From contig NW_024704743.1 in NCBI RefSeq assembly GCF_018977255.1, forward strand, positions 26,786,001 through 26,846,000: DNA of 60,000 bases, written 5' to 3'. Every line of letters begins with the position of its first letter. The stretch's first letter is position 1. Both the position numbers and the translations under genes were made by a program. Source of the stretch: Callorhinchus milii. Lineage: Eukaryota. Under the pieces are notes generated by a model, which was not told where the DNA came from, searched no databases, and worked only from the letters and a program-made list of their open reading frames with translations. Shown here in pieces: positions 11,380 to 23,839 of this stretch.

Positions 11380-13272
11380 GGCAACCAAGCCATGACCACC
11401 ATCCCTCCTCTCCCCCAACAATGCCCTGTCTCAACCTCCCACTAAACTCCCCTTGCATCACATCGTCAGATTTCACTGCCCACCCCTGAATCTCTCACAA
11501 ATGCCCTCTCTTCCTCGGACCTCCTCTTCCTCTGGACCTCCAACTGCAGCGATCCTGATGCAACCGTCAAGATGCGGAATGACCGTCTCTCCACAACCTT
11601 CAATTCCCTGGCTCCCTTGAACCCAGGGTTGTTTCCAAACCCACCCACTTCCCCTGGTGCATCAGTCATCCCCACTCATTACAAACACAAACCCGGTTGC
11701 ATGAGCGCAGATGGCAGAAATCCAGCCTCACGATTTGCTGCCAGCTGTGGCTTGAGCAGCTTCACACCTACCCGCTTTCCCTTTCACGGGCCAAAACTGA
11801 CTTTTATTCCAAAGTCATCCTGGAGGCAAACAACAATTCAAAGATGCTGTTTTTCACCATCCATCACTTTCTTTGTGCACCTCCTCAAGCCCCCTCGATC
11901 CTCACGTCAAGCAACAAGTGTGAAAAGGTTCTTGGCTTCTTTGCCTCAAAAACAGAAAACATCAACTTGACTGCATTGTCCTCCCACCCCATGCCCTCAC
12001 CCAGACCATCCACACCACCTTCACCCTCTGCCACAGCTCCTGCCAATCCCCCTCCATACACTCCTTTGCCCCCCACTTCTCCATCCTCCCTCTCAACCAC
12101 AATCACCCGGATGAAGTTCAGCACCTACAACCTTGACCCCATCCCCTCCCAGCTACTGGTCACTCAACTCCCTCTTCTCTCCCCCTGCTGGCCAACATGG
12201 TCAACCAGTCTCTCTCCTCAAGCTCTGGTCCACTCCCCTTGAAAACCGCTATCATCACACCCCTCCTCAAAATACCCACCTTCGATCCCTTTAATCCCAT
12301 ACAGTACAGTCATATCTCTTACTTACCCTTCCTTGCCAACGTCCAGGAACGCATTGTTGCAGGTCAATTTCGGTCACACCTCTCCCTCCACTGCCTCCTC
12401 AATCGCCTGCAGTCTGGTTATCTCCCTGCCCACAACACAGAGACAGCGCTTGTCAAAGTCACAAATGACATTCTTTCTATCTATGACCAGGGCTCCCTCT
12501 GCCTCCTCGTCCTCCTGGATCTCTCTGCCACGTTGGACACAGTCGACCACGCCATCCTCTTCCATCGGCTCTCCTCTCTCATCTACCTTAATGGGACCAT
12601 ACTTGCATGATTTGAGTCCTACTTAACCAACCACCTTCATTTCATCTCAGCAAATGGGTTCTCTTCCAGCCCCCACCCGATCACCTGCAGGGTACCCCAG
12701 GGCCCATTTTTGCCCCTCTTCTTTTCCTTATCTCTCTGGGCGATATCATCCACAGACACAGAGCAAACTTCCGCATGTATGTGGATGACACACAAATCTA
12801 TTTTGCCTCCTCCAGTACCAACTCCAAGTCCGCCGATTTTCTATCAGCTTGTCCGGCAAACATCAAGGCCTGGATGAGTGTAAACTTCCTGTAGCTGAGT
12901 ATGGACAAGGCTGAAGCCATACTCCTTGGCTCCTGTCATCATCTTCTCTCCTGCGGATCTAAACTCCTGAACCTCCCTGGGCTTTGCCTCAGACTCACCG
13001 AACCAGTGCACAACCTAGGCGTCCGGTTCAACTCCCAAACATCCTTCTTCTCTCACATCCGGTCCCTGACCAGGACCACATTCTTCCACCTTCGCCACAT
13101 TACCTGCCTCTGACTGTTCCTTACCCCAAATGCAGCCGAAACCCTCATGCATGCATTTATCACCTCCCGCTTGGATTACTCAAACACACTTCTCGCCTGT
13201 CTTCCCAGCTCCACCATTCACAAGATTCAGCTCATTCAAACTCTGCTGCCCACATACTGACCTGGACCAAAC
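11380..13272 (+). mobile_element. L2 LINE ORF2 (RT) fossil, frameshifted, 3' end lost
   Basis: Frames give LDPIPS, ITPLLK..YSHISYLPFL, LQSGY..HNTETALVKVTND..LVLLDLSATLDTVDH, the YVDD site near 12778 and SRLDY; multiple stops and frameshifts. Confidence 0.95.
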
Positions 13273-13293
13273 CTATTATAATTATGATAGTAT

Positions 13294-13602
13294 GGAGTCC
13301 TGTAGCTCAGTGGTTAGAGCACTCACTTTGCAAGCGAGAGACCTGAGTTCAATTCCAGGCAGGGCGAAACCTTGGGCAAGTTTCCTTACTCCACACAACT
13401 AATAATAATCCCTCCAAAAACAATAATTAATTGGTCATTTTCAATCTACAACTGTTTGTGGGACATTGCTGTGCGCAATTGGCTGCCGCGTTCGCCCACA
13501 AATATACAGTCAATTCACTTTACAGTGTGTTCTGTGAAGCGCTTTGGGATGTCCTCCCGATGTGAAAAGCGCTATATCAAATGCAAGGATTATTATTATT
13601 AT
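13294..13602 (+). mobile_element. tRNA(Ala-like)-derived SINE, short subfamily, full length
   Basis: A-box tagctcagtgg, ttgcaa loop, B-box gttcaattcc, ccttgggcaagt CORE-like motif, L2-type tail, (ATT)n. Confidence 0.95.
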
Positions 13603-14489
13603 AAATTACTGTTAATCTTAGATCGATTCCTGGAGTGTGAATTAGTTGCATGAAGAGATTCTCCAGATCTATGAACAATATTGAAGTCTTGATGGATTTA
13701 GACTTCACAGTGAATTAAGTGCTTGTTGCATTAACCCAAAGTGTTTTACTTGAAAGAATAACAGTGTCTTAGAGGCAGCTTCAGCAATAGAGGAGATATG
13801 CACATTCAATTTGAAATAAGAAATAAATAGTGGAAGAGACAAAGATAATTCATGTAATGCATAAACTTTTTTAAAAAAAGTACAATCAAAAATAGTCTCT
13901 GTATTGCAAAGTGTATTGTCTCATCCAGCCTCTCATGTGCAATTTTGATATTTTCCCATTTCACCATTGTACATTAAAATTATAATTTGCATCTTATCAT
14001 AAATCGATAAACATTAGAGCTGTTTCTCTGCCAATGCTGATTTTCGCAGAGTTTTGTATTCAGTCCCTAAAGTTGTACCTGGACCTTTGAGAATTGCATT
14101 AAAAACAGCAGATTGCAGAACCCTTCAGCTACACGGTCACAGAGATGCAGATGGCCATAGGTTGAGAATCCTCTGCCAGTTGGAGACACATCACAGGACA
14201 CAGCTTTTGCTCTGTAAAACCGAGTGGCAGAAAGAATTCACCCTGGCAGGCACTCTCAGGAAAATGTATGACCCAGAGAACAAAGCATTGACACATTGGT
14301 AAACAGATATAGCTTCTCACCCCAAGAAACATTAGCTTTGGAACTGAGCATTGCCGATTCCTGTAGCAAGTCTGCAAGAAACCATCCACACCACAACTGA
14401 TGTGCAAGGGATGCTACAATGGGAACCACTAACTTGCTTGAATCTGTGGAGACTGCAGACTGGCCTTGCTCTTATTTGAACTATGTAAA

Positions 14490-14915
14490 AACAGTGAGAG
14501 GCAGCAATAAACAAGATAAGCAGAATGCTGGGCTATATTCCTAAATCTGTTGAGTTTGGATCCCCAGACATCATTCTTAGACTGTACAGTGCTCTGGTCA
14601 GACCGTATCTTGAATACTGCACACAGTTTTGGTCACCTCCACATAAGGAGATTGTCCTAGAGGGGGTGGAGAGGAGAGCAACAAGGATGATATTGTAGCG
14701 TAGTGGTTAGTGTGCTTGCCTTGCAAGCAGGAGCATCTGGGTTTGATTCCCGGACAAGGCAAAACCTTAGGCAAGTTTCCTTACTCCACAGGTGGTAGAA
14801 GCCAGGACACTGGATTCACAGCTTGATGCTATTGTGGAGGGATGGTAGGGTGGATTTTCTGGAGAGATGAGATCCAATGGGCCTAAGGGCCTTCTTCATC
14901 CAGATCATTCTGGAT
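14490..14915 (+). mobile_element. CR1 fragment carrying an embedded SINE head (14694-14790) and an internal deletion
   Basis: RMLGYI..LYSALVRPYLEYCTQFWSP, then SINE head, then the CR1 3' UTR. Confidence 0.8.
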
Positions 14916-14949
14916 CCATTTGTAAGTGGCATACATATGCAGAATTCTC

Positions 14950-15025
14950 ATTTTGGTTTGGATACCTTCAAGCACGGTGATGGGTTTCTGAATATGTCAA
15001 ACACCCGGCTGAACCCCTCAAAAAA
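14950..15025 (+). mobile_element. 3' terminus of the poly(A)-tailed LINE family (see 30708-31870)
   Basis: ttggtttggatacc..aagcacggtgatgggtttc..acacccggctga..aaaaaa matches 31798-31870. Confidence 0.75.
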
Positions 15026-16369
15026 TCTGTCCTAATAGGAATGTTGTTTGTAGAAGGAAGGAAGCAATGTTTCAATATTGAATATGTAGAGATGGAGAAA
15101 TATTCATTTTGTGATGACCTTCAGGGGTGCAAATCTTTCCCCAAGAATTTGTATGGACTATGAAAGCTTTGTATGGTGGTGTGTTTGATGGGTCAAATAG
15201 ACTTATCTCACTCTATGCTTTCTCATTCCACGCTCAGATTCTAAGCAAATGAGCAGTGAGTTATAAGGAGGTAAGCAACTAACAGAAATCTAAAAATAAG
15301 TCACTGACTGACTTTGAGAAGTTAACATTATTGAAGCAAAAATGGAGAACAAATTAGGCCCCACGTGACAGCTGCAAACTCCAGGTACAATGATCTTCAA
15401 ACTAACAGGAATCCCAAAAGGGAAGGAATACTTTAGTGAAACAGTTCTTGTAGAACATGTACCCAAATTATCAGAGTTGGCTTACTTCTGTGGAGTTTCA
15501 AAGTTATCCACTGAGGCCTACAGAGAGATTAACTGAAATCTACATAGACAGAGACAACTAAGGCAATCATTTCCAGGAAGATCACAATTGATAATAGCTT
15601 TGCCTCCTCTTTCTTCCACAAAAACATAAGGTTTGAAGCAAACAAATCCACGTAATCCCACTTTGCAACGTTTCCAGCCTTGGGAGCAGTCTTTTGGAAG
15701 CCTGATGGTTCTTCAGCGAGGTTTAGCGAGGCGTGACACAATAACAGCTTCTCTGTTACACATGATGGGCAATTTCAAATGGGAGTGGAGATGTTTCATT
15801 GTCCCTGAACAAGACAATACACCTGTGGAATGATTCAGCTGAAAATGTTGACAGGTTAGTTGAAGCAAACCCATTACCTCAGTTCTACCTCTCGTTAAGC
15901 ATTCCAATATTATTTTACAAATGTGAGGACTCAAAGAGATTAGTAAACAGTGGACCTGTTTACAGTACTTAATGAATTATTGTTTAAAGTCCCTATGTAC
16001 CATCTACTGAGTTCCTCTTAAGTCGTGAGACAGAGCAATAATAAATGCGAAGGGACTGTCACTGTGAACGTTCGGCCCATCGTTTGTGCTTCGTCAGAGG
16101 ATCATTCAGTAGCATGAGGTTTATCCACCCGAGCCCATCTGCCATCTGTTACATCTGCATTCTTACCTCCATTCGGAGGAGGGGAGAATGATGCTCACTC
16201 AATTAAACCAGTGCATTTGGACCCACAGCAGCTGAAGGTGGAATTGGTGAGAACTTGAAAACAGCAGCAGAGGGAAGGACATTGACAGCTGATTTTCTAG
16301 GTGTCTCTAATGTTTGCACAGCTGTAGCAATACAGATATTACATCAAGCCAAGCCATACACTGCAGAAG

Positions 16370-16700
16370 TCTTCAAGCTCATGAAGTTTTATACGAGAGT
16401 AAATGGTACGAGGTTATTTTTAATGGTTTCCGACTCAGTAACACGAGGTATAAATTTGAGATGATCAAACAGAGAGTTGAAGGGGAGGTTAGAAGAAATT
16501 TATTTTCACAGAGGGTGGGTGGAGTCCACTGTCGCAAGCCGTAGTTGAAGCAAAGTCCACAAATTATTTGTTAAAAGGAGAATTTCTGGAAGAGGAGGAC
16601 TATCAAAGGATGTGGAGAGTGAGTGAACGAGTGTGTGAGATCATGTGGAGAAAGTATCAGACCAGATTTGGTGGAACAGAGGGTCCATAATTCCATCTCT
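16370..16700 (+). mobile_element. CR1 3' region
   Basis: TRYKFEMIKQRVEGEVRRNLFSQRV, a CR1 ORF2 C-terminal motif. Confidence 0.7.
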
Positions 16701-17184
16701 GTTTAGCTATTTTGTCTTAAAATTTGAAGTCGGACTGAAATTGCACTTGGAACAACAGTCAATCTGATTGGTCACAAAAGCAATATAAACTGGGCATTGA
16801 ATATAGAAACTCTCAACTGATGGAATTACCCGCTGAATAAGCAACAAAACCCTATAATTATTTTTAAAATGTAACTTTAATACTTACTTTAATGATTACA
16901 ATTTTTCTTAATTATACAGTACTAATTATGCATCATGTATCTTTAAAAAATCTTGAATTTCCTTTCTCCAGATGACTCGTAATGACATGTTGTTATGTCC
17001 TCACTTGCTTTACTCCCCTCTGCTTAGAATGCAGCGTATAAAGTAGGACTTTGAAGCAGCATTGTGCACTGTATATTAAGGGTTCTGAGTATTCTTAAGC
17101 AAAAACATATATTTGAGACAAAAAAAAAGGAAATTGCAATAAATGGACAAGTTGTGGGGATCTGAATTACAAATTGCTCTGTTT

Positions 17185-17566
17185 GGGACAAATGGCCACT
17201 TCATGGTTGTTTGTGAGACATTGTTGCGCACAAAGCAAAATGTCCACAAATTAGCTGTTGCGTTCACAGCCAGTGCTTCAAAGAAACTGTGAAGTGCTTT
17301 GTTACTCCACACGTCTCTGTTTACCTAGCAGTAAATAGGAACGCGGATGTTAGTCAATTGGTGGATTGTTTTTCCGGGGCTAATAATTCCTTNAAAAAAT
17401 AATTGGTCACTCAAACCACGATAGTTTATTGGACACTGTTATGCCCAATTGGCTGCCGCGTTTCGGCCACAAAATATACAGTCAATTCATGTTACACTAT
17501 ATTCTGTGAAGCGCTTTGAGACGTCTCAAAGTCGTGATAAGGCGCTATATCAAATGCAAGGATTAT
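17185..17566 (+). mobile_element. SINE tail fragment followed by a 5'-truncated long-subfamily tRNA/CORE-like SINE (17302-17566)
   Basis: ttactccacacgtctctgtttacctagcagtaaataggaac..tail. Confidence 0.85.
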
Positions 17567-17811
17567 AGGATTCTTATTATACATTTTCAACATTTTAGGT
17601 GTTATACCAAATCTAACAATAAACATGATCTGTTCAGCACTGATATTGAAAGTGACTATATATCCACATGATGACAAAGTAACAATGCTTTCCTTACAAT
17701 GTACATTCATAGCTAAGTATTGGCCCACCTTTCACTCTTAAGCAAAAATGTGGCTAGTATTTTGTGTATGTGTGCGCTCGCTCACAAGAGTGTGTAGAAT
17801 GTATTAATCTA

Positions 17812-18263
17812 ACAATAATACTTGCACTTGATGTAACGCCTTATTATGCTGTTGAAATGTCTCAAGGGACTTCACAAGATGTATTGTATTGTGACTGTGT
17901 ATTTTATTGTGAATGTATTTGTGGGCGAATGCGGCAGCCAATTTGTGCACAGCAATGTCCCACAAACAGCCATGAAGTGAATGTTCAATTTTACTTGAGG
18001 GATTGTTGGCCAGGAGTCCAGGAGAAACTCCCATCACTTTTTGAATAGCGCCATGGAATCTTTAACATCCATCTGCAAGAGGAGAGTGGCCACTTGGTTT
18101 AGTGCCTCATCTGAAGGTTGACACCTCTGACAGTACGACACACCACTCGGACTGCATTGGAGTGTCAGCATGAACTATATAGGTTCCACATACTGATGTG
18201 GGGCTTGAACCTACAACCTTCTGACTCAGAGAGAGACTGCTACCAACTGAGCGAGGCTGACAC
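17812..18263 (-). mobile_element. Deu-domain SINE, full length
   Basis: Tail, Deu domain and head (ctaccaactgagcgaggctgac) all present. Confidence 0.9.
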
Positions 18264-18764
18264 TCAGATTTACCAAAGGTCAGAGAATTATTCTTAATAT
18301 ATTGTACATTACATAAACACTTCTAATGGAAACTATAGATTTAGTTTTGATGTGCTGCGAAACAAATATCATGGCTTGACTGCCCAAAATAGTGGAACTA
18401 TTCTGGTGAAGAGAAACATCACTTTGATGTGGTCCCGTGTAAATACATGGAAAATAAACTGCACACAAGTATTCCCAATTTCCAATTACCCACCAATGTC
18501 ACTCATAATATTTCAAGATGTTTCCCTTCAAAATCCCTCTGTGAGCAGTGATGTTGACTTTTCAATGGGTCATCACCATTGTAGAATTTTGCAATGTGTT
18601 CCTCCACATTGACCTTGAACAAGGATTTAATAAACTAAATTGCACTTGTTTTGCTCACATTGTTTCTTTGATACTAGGGGAGGATAAACAATTAGAGATG
18701 TACTGTACATAAACTCCTGATATTTCATCCCTGTTTATGCATATGATCACCCTTGCAGTTGATA

Positions 18765-19520
18765 TGGCAGCTTCTCATGTTGAAACATCTCACAAACAGT
18801 TTACTGTAAAGTGTTTTGACTGTGGGTGAATGCAACAGCCAATTTGCACACAGCAATTTTCCACAAACAACTTTTTTTTTTGGAAGCCGGGTGTTTGGAA
18901 ATTCATCAGCATGGTTGAGAGTACACAGGCCAAGCTGAGATTTCCATAAATCCCACCTATACATGGAAATTCCAGAGATAGATTGTTGAAATGGAATATG
19001 CACTCTCTTCTTGGAGGGACGATTCCTGCTTACCTAATTCTGGAAAGTATTAGGCGCAGGTTGGCAAGAGCCAAGGCTTGGGGACCCCAGAGTGTGGAGT
19101 GAAGTACTGTTGGAGTCCAGGTTGGCTGTGCTGTCATCAGCAGTGCCCTGGAATACTGGGCCCGATTGCTGACTCGATTCCGATATTCCATTGCCAGCCG
19201 TGTCACCTTGGAGGCAGTTCAGCTCCAGGGAGACTCCACCTTACCACGAATGACGAATTTAACAGGAGATTGGCCAAGACGGCATGAGAAACTACCTTTT
19301 TTTTTGAATAGTGTCATAGAATCTTTAGCATCCGCCTGAACAGGCAGACGAGACCCTCATTTTAATGTCTCTTCAGAAGGTTTGCCCTCCTGACAAAACA
19401 GCACTCCCTTAACACTGCACTGGATTGTCAGCCTAGACCACGAGCTCCAAGTCCCCAATGCACGATTTAAAGCCACAACCTTCTGACTCAGAGGCAAGAG
19501 TGCTATTAAGCTAACACCAT
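18765..19520 (-). mobile_element. Deu-domain SINE split by a poly(A) LINE insertion
   Basis: The SINE breaks at ccacaaacaac (18871) and resumes at about 19246. Confidence 0.75.
18872..19245 (-). mobile_element. 5'-truncated poly(A)-tailed LINE 3' region
   Basis: T10 run (A-tail on minus); reverse complement aligns with 31455-31870. Confidence 0.8.
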
Positions 19521-20139
19521 CTATGATTAGAAGATATTTTTGCATTTGCAATAGTTTTGCTTCTTTGGGCAAACAGCTATGGGCAGAGAATCATGATGTT
19601 TTAATTTCAGGTCAGAGGAGACAAGCAGGATGGGTCACTCTCTGCAACTGCAAGAAAGAGACCAGCCACTTTATTTATGGCAGCAGGGGGTTCACAAGGC
19701 AAAAAGGGTTGAAAACACTAAAGAATAGATATGACTTTCAAACTATTGTCCTCGAGGTCAAGCACTGTGTTAATGTTGTCACTGATATATAAATCTGCTG
19801 TAAACTCAGTAGGAACAAAAGACAAGGAGCTGTGACAGTACAAATAGCTTCTGTGCTTATTATTCCACTGACATTACTTTCTCATTAAACAATCCATCAG
19901 TTAATTACAGTATAATGATAATAGCAGTGTGTAGATGTGCAAAATTCAGATAGAAAAGGTCACGTCAAATTACCCTTTAATTTCACCATTGTATTTGTCC
20001 TGTTAAAACTCAGTTATCTCTAATCTTTGCTGTCAGCTACACAAAAATTGGCTCCAGCAAAATACCGAATATACAAAGAATGTTAGCAAAATATTGCTCT
20101 TATTTTGTGTATTTTTTTATTTGAAAGGCTTATTTTTAT

Positions 20140-20710
20140 GTTACCCCGATCCTTTCTCCTCACTTCCTCTCTTGACGTACATTGGGGTACAGTTTAACGG
20201 GCACTGACTACCTTCTGGTAAGTCAACGAAGTGAACACAATTCATGTGTCAGTCTACAATCGATGTGTCAGCCCAAACAGTCATTGTTGGCAGGATATGT
20301 GACCACAGGGGTTCATCTCTGCTGAGCCTGACCTGGTCCTCACCCGATGACCAATCACAAATCACTGGAAGCAATCCCTTTGGCATGCTTGCTCCTGCAC
20401 ATTGCAGCCTGGTGCCTGAATGCCAGTAAGAGTTCGAACGTGTAGTAAACATACGCAAGACTCAAAAGTGGAAGACTGGCTGCTAAATTAAAACTAAATC
20501 TCAGAAATTTCCAAACTTCTGCACAGTCTTAAATTTCCAAAGGCTAGGGATCATGAGAATCTTCAGGTCTCAAAACTGGGATTAAATATTGCCTGATTTT
20601 TCCCTTCTCAGTCAAGGTTGAAGAGACTTTTTGTAATGCCCTTTTGGCATCTCTACTGAGATCAGTTAGCTCAGCACAGACCAAGGAGCACATCTGGGGC
20701 CTGATTTATG
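20140..20710 (-). mobile_element. Third, older tRNA-type SINE family (partial)
   Basis: ctgagatcagttagctcagcacagacc and ggggtacagtt motifs recalled from shark SINEs; complementary to the head and tail at 27810-28125. Confidence 0.5.
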
Positions 20711-20959
20711 ACTTTTGAATTGCACTAGAAAGCTCAGTAAATGCAAACGTCCTTGAACGGATATCAGAAAAGAATGCTGTGGCATTTTGATATCTAAATC
20801 AAAATTGCAACATTTTCTTAAAATTTAGTCTGTATATATTTTGATTAAAATGTTTTGTTTTGTGTGTTTCTTGAAATCCATTTATGAGAATCATCAGTAC
20901 AACTTTGCAAAACATTGGAGTATATATCTTATAGGAAAGAACAAATATATGTGTTATTA

Positions 20960-21345
20960 ATAATCCTTAATAATTATTCTAACAATTCATACAGCGTCTT
21001 ATCACATTGCCTCCAGGTGCTTCAAAGCATGCTATCGTACAGTGCAGGTACTCTGTATTTTGGAGGCAAATGTGGCAGCTTGTTTACACAGCATTCTCCC
21101 TCAAACAGCCTTGAAGTGACCAATGGCAATGACCAATCTCATCCGGTCGTTGTTGGCCAGGACACTGTGCGAAAATTCATTCTCTTTCCTAATAGTGCCA
21201 CAGGAGCTTTAATAGCACCTGAACAGGCAGTTGGGACCTCAATTTACGCTTCATCAAAAGGATAGAATCTCTAACAATACAGCACACTCCAAGCACTGTA
21301 TTGGAGTGTCAGTCTGGACTGTGAGCTCAAAGTCCCAATGCAAGA
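20960..21345 (-). mobile_element. Deu-domain SINE, degraded
   Basis: aatagtgccacaggagcttt..cacctgaacaggcag..gcactgtattggagtgtcag. Confidence 0.75.
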
Positions 21346-21829
21346 AATGCCACAATTTTAATGCTGAAAGGGGTTTGGGTATTTTTACTTTTAGCCTGAT
21401 TTGCATTGCCTTAAATAACTGGAATGTGTTCCATTATCTGACACAGTCATTATAATCACACACAAGGGATATGATTCTCAGTGCTACATTGCTGTGTGAT
21501 ATGGCGATAAAAGTAAAATGGACAACTCTGATAGGAACCTATTGAAGTGTGAAATGCACCGTTGTTTTTAAAAAAAACTGTGTGAGCATGATTAGCAAAC
21601 TATTAAGAAAAGCAGCAGCTTCTAGTGTCTAGTTTCATGATAACTGCCCAGCGTGTGCATACTGTAATCACTGTGTGCATCTATGACTGATGCCAGAATT
21701 ATATAGATGAATGCTGTGCTTTTACAATCATCTTCAGCGTAAAGTGCCACTGATGGCAAATAGCAGTGACTGTGGATAAGAGCATAACTGGAGTCAAGAA
21801 GTTGACAGACCCCATGCATTTATTTTTCA

Positions 21830-22740
21830 CAGTAGGAGCGTTTTGTGCTCAGACAAGAAAAATAGATGAAGAGCATAACGCGCCATTTAAACCATTTTTT
21901 TTTACTCGTCTCCCTCAATGTTAGTTTAAAGTACTGTGACGGTTACTCTACTGTTGCAGTCTTTTGTAAAGTGTATAAATAATATGTATATAACTAAATA
22001 ATGTTATTGAAGGGAAATGGGGAGGCCTGCCCCTTTAAATGGGTTCTGTTGCAGAAGCTGCTTGTAGAGCTAGCTAGCAGAGTACACGGGTTGCAGAAAT
22101 GCATAGGTCCAGGGCTGTTTGATTGACATTCATCTAACAGGCTGCTTGCAGCAAAGAGCAAACAAGCAGCCTGCAGAGTAAAATAACACATGAGCGCTAG
22201 CGCAGGATAAAACACTCGCATTCGCATCATACGGTGAGCGGAGCCAAGCACCTATTTAAAGCAATGCTCGGCACTCCTCGTGATCGCTAACTAATGGTCA
22301 TCATCCGGTATGTACTGACGTGTACAGGACTACTGTACATTCAGAGTTGGATCCTTTACTAATGTAGTATTGTGCTGCTAGTTGTCATACATAGTTATGT
22401 GTGATAGTTATCTTTGATCGCATTGCTGTATATCTTAAATTGTTGTGTCCCTAATATGCAAGGTCGCCAAGGATTGCTGGTCTTAAGGTGTAAGCACTTC
22501 GGAGAGTAGTTGTCTAAGCGGAGGTCTACTAGTGCGAGCAGACTCCGATTAGACATTCCAGTTACCAGGCGTTAGAGTTAACTGGAAATACTGGTCTGTG
22601 TGTGAATCTGACTTGGTTGAGTTACCATTGAAATAGGGATTCACACCGACAGGGTTAGGAGAGAAGCAGAGGCCACTTAGAACGAAAGCGTTAATACAAT
22701 TTGCACATACATCAAGGAGGGAGAACCGTTGCAGTACTGC
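21830..22740. promoter_or_regulatory. CpG-retaining unique region; candidate promoter and first exon
   Basis: About 28 CpG in about 0.9 kb against CpG-depleted flanks; TATTTAAA at 22253-22260; TGATTGACAT at 22120; donor-like ACG|GTGAGC (22233) and CCG|GTATGT (22307). Confidence 0.5.
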
Positions 22741-23112
22741 TAAACTCAAATCTACATATTCTGACCTATTTTTCTTTTAGTCCTCTTTTGCTTTGTCATT
22801 AAATTCCGTAAGCTGTCTCTGAAATAATGGGGCAATTTTCCATGAAAGTAAAAGTGGCAGAGAAAATAACTTTTTTACTCACCAAGTCCTGTCATCTATG
22901 TGGAGTGAGTGATGTGTGACAATTATGTCAGTCATGAGAGACTGGAGGATGATATATCCCCTAATATATTTTTTCTGGAGCATGAAAGATTTCTAGCTTG
23001 CAATTTTTGCAAATCCAAATAAGCTTTATATTTTTGTTTTATTGTTTCATGTTCTGCGGTGGGAACATCTTTCACTAACACCAGTTTCACATCAAGAGTA
23101 GGCCTGGGTCTT

Positions 23113-23815
23113 AAACAACAACAAAAACTTGCATCTATAGAGCCCTGTAGCTCAATAGTTAGGGCACTCGCCTTGCAAGCAAGAGAACTGCATTTGATTC
23201 CCGGCAGGGCGAAACATTGCGCAAATTTCCCTCCTCCACATGCCTTTGTTTACCTACCTGTAAGTAGGAACCCAGTTATCAGTCGATTGGTGGATTGCTT
23301 TTCCAGGGATAATAATTCCTTAAAAAAAATAATAAATTAGTCACTCAATCCACGACTCTTTGTGGGACACTGCTGTGCACAATTGACCTCTGTGTTTCAC
23401 TCACAAAATACACAGTCAATTCACTTTACAGTATATTCTGTAAAGTGCTTTGAGAGGTCTCGAAAACGTGTTAACAACAACAACAAGATTACATTTGTAT
23501 AGTGCCTTTCACGTCAGGAGGATGTCCCAAGGCGCTAAGCCGTTAAGGCACTATATCAAATGCAAGGATTATTATATAGCGTCCTTCATGTAAGATGACG
23601 TCATGGAATGCTGTACAGTGGCAGGGTTGGTCTCTGAGCATTGGAGAAGGAGAGGGCGAGGTGATTATAGGCATGGTCAAAGAGGTAGGTCTTCAGGTGG
23701 GATTTAAAAAAAGATAAAGAGGGAGTGAGGCAGATGGACTGGAGTAAGGAGTTCCAGAGATCAGGGATGTAGTGGCTGAACGTACAGCCCCCAATCGTGG
23801 CAAGGAAGGATCAGA
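23113..23815 (-). mobile_element. L2 3' end interrupted by a SINE
   Basis: aacaacaacaaaaacttgcatctatag resumes at 23573 as tatagcgtcc..ggagttccagag. Confidence 0.75.
23141..23572 (+). mobile_element. tRNA/CORE-like SINE, long subfamily, with a nested minus-strand L2 stub (23475-23541)
   Basis: Full head and tail; GTTAA duplicated at 23470-23474 and 23542-23546. Confidence 0.9.
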
Positions 23816-23839
23816 GGTAAGAAACAATCATGGGGTCTC

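Noticed and set aside
13294..13370. tRNA-Ala-like gene
   Set aside because: It continues into a SINE body and tail without a proper acceptor stem, so it is a SINE head, as are the other A/B-box copies
21994..22251. Minus-strand ORF with a signal-peptide-like N-terminus (MRMRVFYPALALMCYF..)
   Set aside because: No recognisable family and no splice donor; it is better explained as regulatory or UTR sequence
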